From positions 1 through 33,555 of IMG/VR virus record IMGVR_UViG_3300020045_007906: a stretch of DNA of 33,555 nt; one strand, given 5' to 3'. Shown in pieces: positions 19,199 through 28,161 of the stretch; the stretch's first letter is position 1, and each line of letters opens with the position of its first letter. Source of the DNA: a virus (lineage: Duplodnaviria > Caudoviricetes). The position numbers were made by a program, and so were the translations under genes. Under the pieces are notes generated by a model. The model was given only the letters and a program-made list of their open reading frames with translations, was not told where the DNA came from and ran no database searches.

Positions 19199-19543
19199 AT
19201 GACAAAAGAACAACAACAAAAACACTTTGATAAAGTTACAGAAAAAATGCGCAACATATTATTATCAAAAGGTAATGACTACGCAAATTCAGACCGTTTA
19301 AGCAACTTTAAACTTGCTGGAAATATAACGGGTTTAAATGCCGAATTAAATTGTTTATCATTAATTGCTACAAAAGTAGCTCGTTTAGGAGTTTTATTAA
19401 ATTCTGAAGATAAACCAAATAATGAAAGTATAGAGGATAGTATTTTAGATTTAGCAAACTATTCTTTGCTTTTAAGTATGTTATTAGCAGAAAAAAAATG
19501 CTGTGGTAATTGGGATGAGTTTGGTAATTGTAATTGTAAATAA
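19199..19543 (+). CDS. Nucleotide-modification-associated helical protein (DUF1599-like)
   Basis: KGNDYA...NF...K.ARL...ESIEDSILDLANYS. Confidence 0.6.
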   Translation: MTKEQQQKHFDKVTEKMRNILLSKGNDYANSDRLSNFKLAGNITGLNAELNCLSLIATKVARLGVLLNSEDKPNNESIEDSILDLANYSLLLSMLLAEKKCCGNWDEFGNCNCK

Positions 19544-19544
19544 T

Positions 19545-19784
19545 ATGAAGTTATTTACAACTGGATTTATACAAGTATTTTTTGTAGCAATTAATACTTA
19601 TTTTTTAAGCAAAGAATTTTATATAGGAGTGTTTATTTGTGGCACAATAATTTCGTTAATTTGGAGTTGGAATGTAAAAAAAGTAGCTTTTGGAACTTTA
19701 AAAGACAGAATTTTTTATGCTATTGGAGCTGGTTTTGGAAGTTTATTTGGATTAATAGTTTCAATATTATTTTTTAAAATGTAA
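19545..19784 (+). CDS. Small membrane protein
   Basis: Three hydrophobic segments; ATG 19545 preferred over GTG 19503. Confidence 0.6.
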   Translation: MKLFTTGFIQVFFVAINTYFLSKEFYIGVFICGTIISLIWSWNVKKVAFGTLKDRIFYAIGAGFGSLFGLIVSILFFKM

Positions 19785-20124
19785 CAAATAATAAACAAAA
19801 ACGTTACAAAATGTCAAGTTTTTAGAAATATAAACTTGACATTTAAAAATAATAAATACAAATAAATATGAAAAAACAAAGTAACCTAACCAGAATTAAA
19901 CGAATTTTAGAATTTTACCGAAAAACGTGGTTGTAATTCCGAAAGAGCAAATGAAGTTTATCGAAAAATTATAAAACAAAGATTATGTTAACAATAATTA
20001 AAGCCTGCTGTTTATTTTTTTTTATAAATATTTTAAAAATAATTATAAATTTACTTGTTCATATAAATATTAGTCGTGTCTTTACATCAGATTTAAAACA
20101 AATAACAATTAAAAAATAGAAATT

Positions 20125-20337
20125 ATGACAACATTTTACAGCCCAACATCAATGAATAATAAATATGAAATTAAATCTTACAATGAAATTATCGAAGCAG
20201 GTAAAAATCTAGGAGGTAATAACGTTGTAGAATACAAAGGAACTCCTTACTTTAATATGCCTTTTCATTACTGGGTTGATAAAAAAACGCTAGATATTAT
20301 CATTGAAAAATATAACGCTTTAAAAACATATATGTAA
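20125..20337 (+). CDS. Hypothetical protein
   Basis: ORF track, 70 aa. Confidence 0.6.
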   Translation: MTTFYSPTSMNNKYEIKSYNEIIEAGKNLGGNNVVEYKGTPYFNMPFHYWVDKKTLDIIIEKYNALKTYM

Positions 20338-20338
20338 T

Positions 20339-20656
20339 ATGAATATTTCAGAAAAAACATTAAAATTATTAGAAACCGCAAAGCAAAAAGAACCATTGCT
20401 TTGCGGTTATCAATCAAGCCAAATAGAACGTGATTACTTAAATTTAATAAACGGTAAAAATGTAGAGGTTGGATATAGAGCAGGGTGTGGCAAAAAAGAT
20501 AAAACTCACAAGATATTTGAAGAATGGTTAAAAGTGATAAAATCACTTAAAAAAGATGGATTTATCATAAATGAGGAAAATGTTTTGCATCCTAATAAAT
20601 CGCCTACTATGGCGCAAGGATATTGGAATAGTATTATTTATTCAATAAATCATTAA
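20339..20656 (+). CDS. Hypothetical protein
   Basis: ORF track, 105 aa. Confidence 0.6.
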   Translation: MNISEKTLKLLETAKQKEPLLCGYQSSQIERDYLNLINGKNVEVGYRAGCGKKDKTHKIFEEWLKVIKSLKKDGFIINEENVLHPNKSPTMAQGYWNSIIYSINH

Positions 20657-20658
20657 TT

Positions 20659-20829
20659 ATGCAAAGACAGTCAATAATAATCCTTATTGAAAAGGATAAG
20701 GAACCAATTGCAAGGGGTAATTTTAAAAAGCTATGTGAGGAATTCGAATTACCTTATCATAGCTTAAAGATGCTCAGATTTCCAATTACCTACAAAGATT
20801 TAGTTATTTATAAAGCCGAGTTTAAATAG
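20659..20829 (+). CDS. Hypothetical protein (56 aa, not in ORF track)
   Basis: MQRQSIIILIEKDKEPIARGNFKKLCEEFELPYHSLK...EFK*, ends just before the first hairpin. Confidence 0.6.
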   Translation: MQRQSIIILIEKDKEPIARGNFKKLCEEFELPYHSLKMLRFPITYKDLVIYKAEFK

Positions 20830-20833
20830 CAGG

Positions 20834-20960
20834 TAACGTATTGTGGCTTTGTCTTGTTGCCGAAAATAAGACCTAATCTTTAAATTAAATACAAATGAAT
20901 ACAAGTACAAAACAAACTGAAAATTTAGCCGAATGTGGCAATAAGTCAAAACCACTGTTA
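20834..20960 (+). repeat. attC-like hairpin H1 (family A)
   Basis: TAAC gtatt GTGGCTTTGTCTTGTTGCC...GGCAATAAGTCAAAACCAC t GTTA. Confidence 0.85.
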
Positions 20961-21218
20961 GCGGTTGTTCTTAATCAGGAAGTTGATTTGGAAGTTTATG
21001 GAGAGGTTTGTTGCGATATGTGCAACGAAATAATACACAACCATATAGATTGTCCTGTATGTAAAAAAGAATATGCAGGAACAGAACAATATTGTGATTT
21101 ATATGACGAAAAAACAGTAGAATGTGAAAACTGCGGGAGTATTTTTGAGAAAACTTCTGATAGTTGGTATTATGACTGTAAAGCTTTGGTTATAAAGATT
21201 GGAGAGAATAACCGCTAA
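20895..21218 (+). CDS. Cassette 1: Cys-rich (zinc-ribbon-like) protein
   Basis: Three CxxC pairs; starts inside H1; stop in TAAC. Confidence 0.7.
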   Translation: MNTSTKQTENLAECGNKSKPLLAVVLNQEVDLEVYGEVCCDMCNEIIHNHIDCPVCKKEYAGTEQYCDLYDEKTVECENCGSIFEKTSDSWYYDCKALVIKIGENNR

Positions 21219-21343
21219 CGTTAAAGCATAACAGTAGTTTAGGGTTAGTAAATCCCGAATTATCGAAGTTAAAAACCAAAATTACAAGTACAAGATAAAT
21301 TATAAATCAAGCCTGATGCCTAAATTACTGTTATGCAGTGTTA
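21216..21343 (+). repeat. attC-like hairpin H2
   Basis: GCATAACAGTAGTTTAGG...CCTAAATTACTGTTATGC. Confidence 0.85.
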
Positions 21344-21370
21344 GGAAATCGGCTTTTTAAAGACAACATT

Positions 21371-21766
21371 ATGAAATTAGAAATTAAACATTTATTGCCG
21401 TATTTACCTTATGAATTGAGGATAGAAAGAATATCGTATAAACGAGAAAGATTTAAAATTCTTTCAGGATATGATTTTTGTCCTGATGGAGAAATTGAAA
21501 ACATTAAACCAATTCTAAAACCTATATCTTATTTGACAAAAGACGAAAACTTTGATTTGTATATGGATTTATGTGAAGAAATTGGAGTTGTTAGATGCGA
21601 GCATTTACTTCTTGCTTTACAAGATAATTTGAAATATGCTTTCAATTTACAGCAGTTAAACGCTCTTGAAGAATTTATGAATAAAAACCATTTTGATTGG
21701 AAATTCAATCTTATTGAAAATGGATTAGCAACTTCTATTTATGATGTTGAGCAAGCTGTTTCCTAA
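21371..21766 (+). CDS. Cassette 2: hypothetical phage protein
   Basis: MKLEIKHLLPYLPY...IKPILKP...HFDWKFNLIENGLA; ATG 21371 preferred. Confidence 0.7.
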   Translation: MKLEIKHLLPYLPYELRIERISYKRERFKILSGYDFCPDGEIENIKPILKPISYLTKDENFDLYMDLCEEIGVVRCEHLLLALQDNLKYAFNLQQLNALEEFMNKNHFDWKFNLIENGLATSIYDVEQAVS

Positions 21767-21889
21767 CGTTGATTATTGTACTTGTAGCGACCTAACACAA
21801 GACAATGCAACGGTTCAAGCCTAATAAAAACAAATATTACAAATCAATAAATTAAACCAAAATCTAGCTATAAGTACAATATATTGTTG
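21764..21889 (+). repeat. attC-like hairpin H3 (family B)
   Basis: TATTGTACTTGTAGC...GCTATAAGTACAATA. Confidence 0.85.
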
Positions 21890-21916
21890 TAGGTAGGTTT
21901 TTTAATTACACGAATT

Positions 21917-22132
21917 ATGTCAAAAGAATTTGAAAACAAAAGATATACTACAATTGTAGAAATGAGAGAAGTGGTTAATTGTGTAACAGGAGAAAAAACA
22001 CAATACCCCAACAAGTATTTTGTTTACGACAACATAAAAAAATGCAATGTTACGATTGAAGGATTTAAACCTACCTCATACCAAGAAATATACAACAAAG
22101 CTGTAGAAATGAATAATTTAATACCTGCGTAA
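21917..22132 (+). CDS. Cassette 3: hypothetical protein
   Basis: ORF track, 71 aa. Confidence 0.65.
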   Translation: MSKEFENKRYTTIVEMREVVNCVTGEKTQYPNKYFVYDNIKKCNVTIEGFKPTSYQEIYNKAVEMNNLIPA

Positions 22133-22163
22133 CTTTGGCCACAAAGTTGAGCAAACTTACCTA

Positions 22164-22287
22164 CAACGGTTCGCTTGTATGGTTAGTGCGGAAAAGTAAG
22201 CCAAATCACTCCATACAAAAACTATAATTCAAGTACAAAATCAACATTAAATTAAACCAAATACCGCATTAACTATACAAGCTGTTA
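22164..22287 (+). repeat. attC-like hairpin H4
   Basis: GCTTGTATGGTTAGTGCGG...CCGCATTAACTATACAAGC. Confidence 0.85.
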
Positions 22288-22325
22288 GCAGGCGTTGTGG
22301 GTTATTAACCAATAAATAAAATTGT

Positions 22326-22616
22326 ATGATACAACCAATTCAATTAGAAATACTTCTAACTAGAAAATTTAGTCATCTTAAAATTAATGATGATTTAGGT
22401 TTTACAGAAGAATACAGAATGTCTATAAAATCAATTATTGATTTATTAATAGATATAGAAAATAAGGATTTTGAATGCGATAAATGCAAAGGAGTAAGTT
22501 CTGATTCTATCCAATGCGAAAACCCATCTTGTCCAAATATGCCTTGTTGTAATTTACCAAGACAGAAGTGTGATTGCGTGTGGGGCGAGAAAATTTCTAA
22601 TGAAAAACTAAAGTAG
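22326..22616 (+). CDS. Cassette 4: Cys-rich hypothetical protein
   Basis: 96 aa, C-terminal Cys cluster. Confidence 0.65.
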   Translation: MIQPIQLEILLTRKFSHLKINDDLGFTEEYRMSIKSIIDLLIDIENKDFECDKCKGVSSDSIQCENPSCPNMPCCNLPRQKCDCVWGEKISNEKLK

Positions 22617-22626
22617 CAATGCCTGC

Positions 22627-22752
22627 TAACGTTTTGCGTGTTGCTTTTCGGGCGTGAATAATAACCGATGCCAACAAAAATTCTAATTATGGCGAATTCG
22701 CCCCAATTAAAAAAACAAAAACTAATGTAAGCCTGAAAACAACACGCTGTTA
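22627..22752 (+). repeat. attC-like hairpin H5 (family C)
   Basis: GCGTGTTGCTTTTCGGGC...GCCTGAAAACAACACGC. Confidence 0.85.
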
Positions 22753-22786
22753 TCAGGAGTACGGCTAATTAAAAACTGAATATGTT

Positions 22787-22996
22787 ATGGAAAATTATTG
22801 CGGAACTTTAAGAATATCTAATCCTGTAACATTACAAAGATGGATAGATAGCGGAAAATATAAGGAATTAATAAACGATGGATTTATATTTAATGTAGGT
22901 TGTGGTAGATTTAAAACAGAAAAATGTACTTGCTCCCAATGCAGAACTAGAGCAAGACCTGAATTAAAAAAAGTTCTTGAGGAATCGTTAACGTAG
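22787..22996 (+). CDS. Cassette 5: hypothetical protein
   Basis: ORF track, 69 aa. Confidence 0.65.
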   Translation: MENYCGTLRISNPVTLQRWIDSGKYKELINDGFIFNVGCGRFKTEKCTCSQCRTRARPELKKVLEESLT

Positions 22997-23005
22997 TATT
23001 CCTGA

Positions 23006-23130
23006 TAACGTCTTGTGGCTTTGTCTTGTTGCTGAAGATACAAGACTAACTTTAAATTTAAACTAATATGTCAAATACAAAATCAACTGAAAATACAGCC
23101 GAAAACGGCAATAAGTCAAAACCACTGTTA
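23006..23130 (+). repeat. attC-like hairpin H6 (family A)
   Basis: Arms nearly identical to H1. Confidence 0.85.
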
Positions 23131-23415
23131 TGTGATGTTTCTTTTGACCAAAAAATAAGTTTAAAATGGACTAAATGCAAAACGCAAATTAGAATAAAAA
23201 TAAATGATTTTGATTTTGCTGTTTTTAAGAAACATTATAACGAATCATTCTGGAGAGACCTCTATTTGCCAAACAATAAACAGCCACAAGGCTTATGTTT
23301 TGTAAAACATATTGGATATGAAACAATTGATTTTTTTTTAAGTTCTTTTGATAATGATTATGATGGTATTATTGAAAATATTGTTTTTAAAGGCAAGTCT
23401 AATAATATCACATAA
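23068..23415 (+). CDS. Cassette 6: hypothetical protein
   Basis: Starts inside H6; shares GNKSKPLL leader with cassette 1. Confidence 0.65.
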   Translation: MSNTKSTENTAENGNKSKPLLCDVSFDQKISLKWTKCKTQIRIKINDFDFAVFKKHYNESFWRDLYLPNNKQPQGLCFVKHIGYETIDFFLSSFDNDYDGIIENIVFKGKSNNIT

Positions 23416-23538
23416 CGTTTCGCAACTACACGATGTTTAGGATTGGTTTTCCTGATGCTTCGATTAAAGAAAAAATAACCAAACACAAAACAATTATTAA
23501 CTACAGCGGATTACCTAAATATTGTGTAATTGCTGTTA
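23413..23538 (+). repeat. attC-like hairpin H7
   Basis: GCAACTACACGATGTTTAGG...CCTAAATATTGTGTAATTGC. Confidence 0.85.
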
Positions 23539-23553
23539 TAACTCGTTTTTATT

Positions 23554-23856
23554 ATGGAAAGATTTAGTAAAACACTAAACAGGAATGTATCTAATGAAGA
23601 AATATTTGAAGTTGAAAATTATATAATTACAAGATACTATACAGATTTAAGTCCTAGAGATACTGCTATAAAACACACTTTAACAATAAGGTTTAAATTT
23701 GATTTCTCAGACTTTGACGCTATTGGTAAAATCATATATATGGAGGAAGTAGCGCAATCGCATTGGAATAGTAAAGCAAAAGGAGTTATGAGTGAAGATA
23801 ATTATTTCTTTAAAGAAGTTCCTTCTAGCATATTGTCTCTAGTAAATGAGTTATAA
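23554..23856 (+). CDS. Cassette 7: hypothetical protein
   Basis: ORF track, 100 aa; stop in TAAC. Confidence 0.65.
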   Translation: MERFSKTLNRNVSNEEIFEVENYIITRYYTDLSPRDTAIKHTLTIRFKFDFSDFDAIGKIIYMEEVAQSHWNSKAKGVMSEDNYFFKEVPSSILSLVNEL

Positions 23857-23971
23857 CGTTTGTGGCTTGGCGATGTTGCCGAACCGTGAACGTGAATTGA
23901 AAATATAAATATGATTTAATTACGGATTTTCCGCTGAAAAACTAAACGGCAATAGTGCCAAACAACTGTTA
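23854..23971 (+). repeat. attC-like hairpin H8
   Basis: TTGGCGATGTTGCCG...CGGCAATAGTGCCAA. Confidence 0.8.
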
Positions 23972-23983
23972 TAAGCAGGTTTT

Positions 23984-24199
23984 ATGAAAACATTTAACAA
24001 AAAAGAATTAGCTTGGGTTGATAGACTTCAAAAAACACTTGATGCAATTCCTAAAACATTACAAGTATTTGATAATGAAAGCGGAATTTCAGTATTTAAA
24101 GGAGAACTACCAATTACAGAAGCTCTTTCAGTTGATAGTAGTGTTGAACACGAATCAGTTTCAACTCCAAGAGGTCAATGGGAGTGTGGGGCGTGGTAA
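23984..24199 (+). CDS. Cassette 8: hypothetical protein
   Basis: ORF track, 71 aa. Confidence 0.65.
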   Translation: MKTFNKKELAWVDRLQKTLDAIPKTLQVFDNESGISVFKGELPITEALSVDSSVEHESVSTPRGQWECGAW

Positions 24200-24208
24200 A
24201 CTTGCTTA

Positions 24209-24334
24209 TAACGTATCGCGTGTTGCTTTTCGGGCGTGAATAAACACCGATAACAACAAAAATATACCAGTTGCCGAGAAATCCTCGACAACTCAAAAAT
24301 TAACTAATCTAAGCCTGAAAACAACACGCTGTTA
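24209..24334 (+). repeat. attC-like hairpin H9 (family C)
   Basis: Arms identical to H5. Confidence 0.85.
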
Positions 24335-24383
24335 GTAGCTGGACGGCTGATTAAAAGAATATTAATTATAAAAACTAAATAAA

Positions 24384-24614
24384 ATGAGTCATCAAGAAAA
24401 CCAAATTAGCGACCAAATAGATGGTGGATTACTAAAACAAAAACAACAATTTGTAGAGCAATTTGTTGAAAAATGGATGCAAGGACACGAAGAAGATACT
24501 TTCGTTAAAAATAAGTATGGAAACTACATATACAGTGCTGGTGCATCGTCTTTAAATTTAAAGATATTTTTTGAAATGCTATTGCTGGATTTTGCTGAGG
24601 AAACGGATTTGTAG
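24384..24614 (+). CDS. Cassette 9: hypothetical protein
   Basis: ORF track, 76 aa. Confidence 0.65.
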   Translation: MSHQENQISDQIDGGLLKQKQQFVEQFVEKWMQGHEEDTFVKNKYGNYIYSAGASSLNLKIFFEMLLLDFAEETDL

Positions 24615-24623
24615 TCTTGCTAC

Positions 24624-24749
24624 TAACGTCCTGTCGCTTGGCGATGTGGCAATAAACAAGCCTAAAACTTCAAGCGTTCACAAATAAAAACAGATGCAAA
24701 ACCGATTATAAATTAAACCTAATCTTGCCATAACGCCAAACGACTGTTA
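24624..24749 (+). repeat. attC-like hairpin H10 (family D)
   Basis: GTCGCTTGGCGATGTGGCAA...TTGCCATAACGCCAAACGAC. Confidence 0.85.
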
Positions 24750-24778
24750 TGTGAGGTTGTGGGTTTTTAAACGAAAAT

Positions 24779-25111
24779 GTGATGATAAAAGCAATTATAA
24801 AAGCAGAAACAGACTGCGATTTTAAATTAGGGTTTCCAAAATTTATTAAAGGTTTGAGAAAAATAAAATACGATGAAGATTATTTTATTGAACTACACTT
24901 AAAAGAAGAAACAGCAAAAACAGATATTATAGAATTTTTACGTGAAGTTGATATAGACTCTTCAAAAGATTGGCATAAAGAACAACTTAAATCAGGAATA
25001 GATGATTATGAACACCAACTGAAACGGGGGCTGTGTGGTTCTTTAGATTTTTTTGGTGGGAATTGGTTATTTCAAATTGAAATGTATCGTGTGACAGAGG
25101 AATATCTTTAG
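24779..25111 (+). CDS. Cassette 10: hypothetical protein
   Basis: ORF track, ~110 aa. Confidence 0.65.
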   Translation: MMIKAIIKAETDCDFKLGFPKFIKGLRKIKYDEDYFIELHLKEETAKTDIIEFLREVDIDSSKDWHKEQLKSGIDDYEHQLKRGLCGSLDFFGGNWLFQIEMYRVTEEYL

Positions 25112-25135
25112 AAACGGAATCGTAACAATCTCACA

Positions 25136-25261
25136 TAACGTTTCGCGTGTTGCTTTTCGGGCGTGAATTATCACCGATAACAACAAGAATAAACCAGTTA
25201 TCGATAAATCCTCGATAACTCAAATAATCACTAATGTAAGCCTGAAAACAACACGCTGTTA
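25136..25261 (+). repeat. attC-like hairpin H11 (family C)
   Basis: Arms identical to H5/H9. Confidence 0.85.
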
Positions 25262-25294
25262 TCAGGAGTAAGGAAATTTAAAACTAAATATGTT

Positions 25295-25600
25295 ATGGAA
25301 AAATTTAAAGGATCACAAGGAATATTAAGTTACGAGAGAGATGGAAATTCTGGATTTGTTGTTGAATCTACAAAAGTAGATGAAATAGCTACATTCTGGA
25401 TAGATAAAGAAATTGACGATAGTGAAGCAGAATATAATGCTAAATTATTCATAGCATCTAAAGACTTATTAGAAGCGCTTCAAGAACTTATTCAAGTTAA
25501 GGAATGGAAAGAGAAATATGGCAAAGATGAACAATATTTAAAAGCACAACCTACGGCGTGGAGTAATGCCCAAAAAGCCATCGAGAAAGCACTAACGTAG
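25295..25600 (+). CDS. Cassette 11: hypothetical phage protein
   Basis: NAKLFIASKDLLEALQ...AQKAIEKAL, a motif common in phage accessory proteins. Confidence 0.7.
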   Translation: MEKFKGSQGILSYERDGNSGFVVESTKVDEIATFWIDKEIDDSEAEYNAKLFIASKDLLEALQELIQVKEWKEKYGKDEQYLKAQPTAWSNAQKAIEKALT

Positions 25601-25609
25601 TATTCCTGA

Positions 25610-25733
25610 TAACGTTTCGCAGCCTTGCTTAGTGGCAATTTCAAGAATAAAAACAACAAATACAAACTAATATTAAATTAAGAAACTATGAGCCAAGGAA
25701 ACACAAATGAGCCATTGAGCAAGACTGCTGTTA
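25610..25733 (+). repeat. attC-like hairpin H12
   Basis: GCAGCCTTGCTTAGTGGC...GCCATTGAGCAAGACTGC. Confidence 0.85.
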
Positions 25734-25921
25734 TAAGCTGGGTATTTGCTAATGACAAATTACCAACAGTTGAACAAAATGGAAAAAAAGTTTTGCTTTA
25801 TAGAATAATGAATGATAGCCAAGAAAGTCAATCTGTTTCTATTCACGAAACATCAATGGTAAAATATTGTAATAAGGAAGAAACGTGGTGGATGGAAATT
25901 CCTCCGTTACCTTGCTTATAA
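25688..25921 (+). CDS. Cassette 12: DUF551-like protein
   Basis: W.....KLP.....VLL...TWWMEIPPLP; starts inside H12. Confidence 0.6.
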   Translation: MSQGNTNEPLSKTAVISWVFANDKLPTVEQNGKKVLLYRIMNDSQESQSVSIHETSMVKYCNKEETWWMEIPPLPCL

Positions 25922-26046
25922 CGTATCGTTGCTATAATTTTGGCGTGGCACAGATGCAGAATATCATTCGGTTAGCCAAATAAAACCAAGAATAAACGAG
26001 TAAAAAATAAATCACTAATCCCAACGCTAAAATATAGCAACTGTTA
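25919..26046 (+). repeat. attC-like hairpin H13
   Basis: GTTGCTATAATTTTGGCGT...ACGCTAAAATATAGCAAC. Confidence 0.85.
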
Positions 26047-26077
26047 TCTTCTAGTTGCGGTTAAATAAATTAACATT

Positions 26078-26260
26078 ATGAGAAAATTAGATTTAAAATT
26101 AAATTACAACAGCGGTTTGTTTAATAATAAAAATGAACAGGTTTTAGCAAAATCAATTAATATTTTAGTTGATAAAATAAATGAATTAGTATCAGAAGTT
26201 GAGAATTTGAAAGATAAAATTGATTTAAAAACGGAATCATCGCAAACTAACAATATTTAA
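26078..26260 (+). CDS. Cassette 13 ORF a: coiled-coil hypothetical
   Basis: ORF track, 60 aa. Confidence 0.6.
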   Translation: MRKLDLKLNYNSGLFNNKNEQVLAKSINILVDKINELVSEVENLKDKIDLKTESSQTNNI

Positions 26261-26271
26261 AATAAATAATA

Positions 26272-26445
26272 ATGGAGAATCCAAAAATATTTAAGTGCAA
26301 AATTACATTAGATAAAAATAAATACGAAAGAGATAAAATAAAGACATTGTATAATTGGATAAAAATTGATTATATAAACTTACAAGAATATATTTTTCTT
26401 ACGGAGTGGTTATTTAGGGATTGTAATTTTGAAAACGAATTTTAG
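26272..26445 (+). CDS. Cassette 13 ORF b: hypothetical (57 aa, not in ORF track)
   Basis: MENPKIFKCKITLDKNKYERD...CNFENEF*. Confidence 0.55.
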   Translation: MENPKIFKCKITLDKNKYERDKIKTLYNWIKIDYINLQEYIFLTEWLFRDCNFENEF

Positions 26446-26455
26446 CAATTGAAGA

Positions 26456-26580
26456 TAACGTTAATTATTGTACTTGTAGCGTTCAGATAATCACGGTGTT
26501 CACGTAAACGTGAAATAACAACAAAAGTGAACAAATAATTAAATCAAGCCTAATATAGCTATAAGTACAATATATTGTTA
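26456..26580 (+). repeat. attC-like hairpin H14 (family B)
   Basis: Arms identical to H3. Confidence 0.85.
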
Positions 26581-26614
26581 CAGGACGGTACTAATTTTTA
26601 AAGCAAATAAAATT

Positions 26615-26908
26615 ATGAAATTAATAGGGAAATGCAAGGAAGATTTTGAAAAATGGTTTTGTAATAATTACCCATATAAGGAATTTTTATTTTATAGTGA
26701 TAATTTAAAATGTATGTATATTATTGAGTTTTTAGATTTACATGGGGTTTATTTATGTATAACCATTTTATTTCCAATAAGTAAATACGGATTCTTTTAT
26801 TCTGTAGATTTAAAATATTCTTATGATATTTTTAACACACGATCCGAAGCAACAAAGGAGGCTATAATAGAAGCAAATAAAATTTATAATGATAAACAGA
26901 TATTATGA
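26615..26908 (+). CDS. Cassette 14 ORF a: hypothetical phage protein
   Basis: MKLIGKCKEDFEKW...TRSEATKEAIIEANKIYN. Confidence 0.65.
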   Translation: MKLIGKCKEDFEKWFCNNYPYKEFLFYSDNLKCMYIIEFLDLHGVYLCITILFPISKYGFFYSVDLKYSYDIFNTRSEATKEAIIEANKIYNDKQIL

Positions 26909-27126
26909 AATTAAAACTAAACATAGGATTAGAACATCCACTAAAAGAAATTGAAAATAAAGGTGTTTTTAGTATTGACGTTTTAATACTTTATAAAGGA
27001 GAATTGCACATAGGATATTATGATTTTAAAAATTACCTATGGCTAGATGAAAGTACTGGAGAAAGATTTAATCCTGAATATGAAAATGATTTGCAATGGA
27101 CATATATACCGGTTAAAAAAAGATAA
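26905..27126 (+). CDS. Cassette 14 ORF b: hypothetical protein
   Basis: ORF track, ATGA-coupled. Confidence 0.6.
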   Translation: MKLKLNIGLEHPLKEIENKGVFSIDVLILYKGELHIGYYDFKNYLWLDESTGERFNPEYENDLQWTYIPVKKR

Positions 27127-27138
27127 AAACTATAAATT

Positions 27139-27546
27139 ATGAGAGAAATAAAATTTAGAGCAATGTGTCAAGCCACAAATATATTTGTTTATGGACTTCC
27201 TATCACAGAAACAACAATTAGTAATTCAATTTCACATATAGCTCAATTTTCAGGTGATAAAAGAAAATTTGGAAGACAAAATATAATGATAAAACCTGAA
27301 TCTATAGCCCAGTTCACAGGGTTACAGGACAAAAACGGAGTTGATATTTATGAGAGTGATATTATTAAAAGAAGTTTGTCAGGAGGAACTCCCACAACAA
27401 CAGATGAAGTGTATTATTATCAAGGCAGTTTTATGATTGGATCAAAATCTTTCAAGAAGCCAATATCAAACTATTGTACTATAGAAGTAATAGGAAACAT
27501 CCATGAAAATCCAGAATTATTATCCGTTCCTACCGCTGTCCTGTAA
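27139..27546 (+). CDS. Cassette 14 ORF c: YopX-family protein
   Basis: MREIKFRA...QFTGLQDKNGVDIYESDI...EVIGNIHENPELL. Confidence 0.88.
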   Translation: MREIKFRAMCQATNIFVYGLPITETTISNSISHIAQFSGDKRKFGRQNIMIKPESIAQFTGLQDKNGVDIYESDIIKRSLSGGTPTTTDEVYYYQGSFMIGSKSFKKPISNYCTIEVIGNIHENPELLSVPTAVL

Positions 27547-27669
27547 CGTCCTGCCGCTTGGCGATGTGGCAAAAAAGCACACCGAATTATTAAGATTATT
27601 ACAAGTGCGTAAGGCACAAAACAAATTATAAATTAAGCCTGATATTGCCATATTGCCAAACGGCTGTTA
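27544..27669 (+). repeat. attC-like hairpin H15 (family D)
   Basis: GCCGCTTGGCGATGTGGCAA...TTGCCATATTGCCAAACGGC; compensatory changes relative to H10. Confidence 0.85.
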
Positions 27670-27696
27670 TGCAATCGGTTTTTTAAATTACTAATT

Positions 27697-27900
27697 ATGA
27701 AAGTAGGATTATACGATTTATCCCAAACAAATGATGGTGAAGGAATTTATATAAACTCAATTTTAATCGATGACAAAAGAAGTGCCGATAATTATTGGCG
27801 AGGTTGGGATTATTGGGTAAAACTTTTATCCGATGGTAAAGTTTATGATTTCTGGAAAAGAAGTGAATTAATTATAGAAGAAAGAAAACGTGAGAAGTAA
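27697..27900 (+). CDS. Cassette 15: hypothetical protein (a second ~43-aa ORF may follow to 28020)
   Basis: ORF track, 67 aa. Confidence 0.6.
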   Translation: MKVGLYDLSQTNDGEGIYINSILIDDKRSADNYWRGWDYWVKLLSDGKVYDFWKRSELIIEERKREK

Positions 27901-28031
27901 GATAGTTCAGAAAATGCTTGACGATATGGAAAAAGACCATTGGTGGATAAAACTCAAAAGATGGTCTCGTTTAAAACTTTGGATTTTACGCTGTTTTCTT
28001 TTTAACCGCAATAGTTCTTGAAACTGTTGCA

Positions 28032-28161
28032 TAACGTCCTGCGGCTATACGAGGTTGTTGCCGAATTAAAAACCGACCTCACAAACACAAACCAATACTT
28101 AAAATTATGACTGATATTTCAAAGAATGCCGAATTGCAACAATCTTGTATAACCGCTGTTA
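28032..28161 (+). repeat. attC-like hairpin H16
   Basis: GCGGCTATACGAGGTTGTTGC...GCAACAATCTTGTATAACCGC. Confidence 0.85.
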
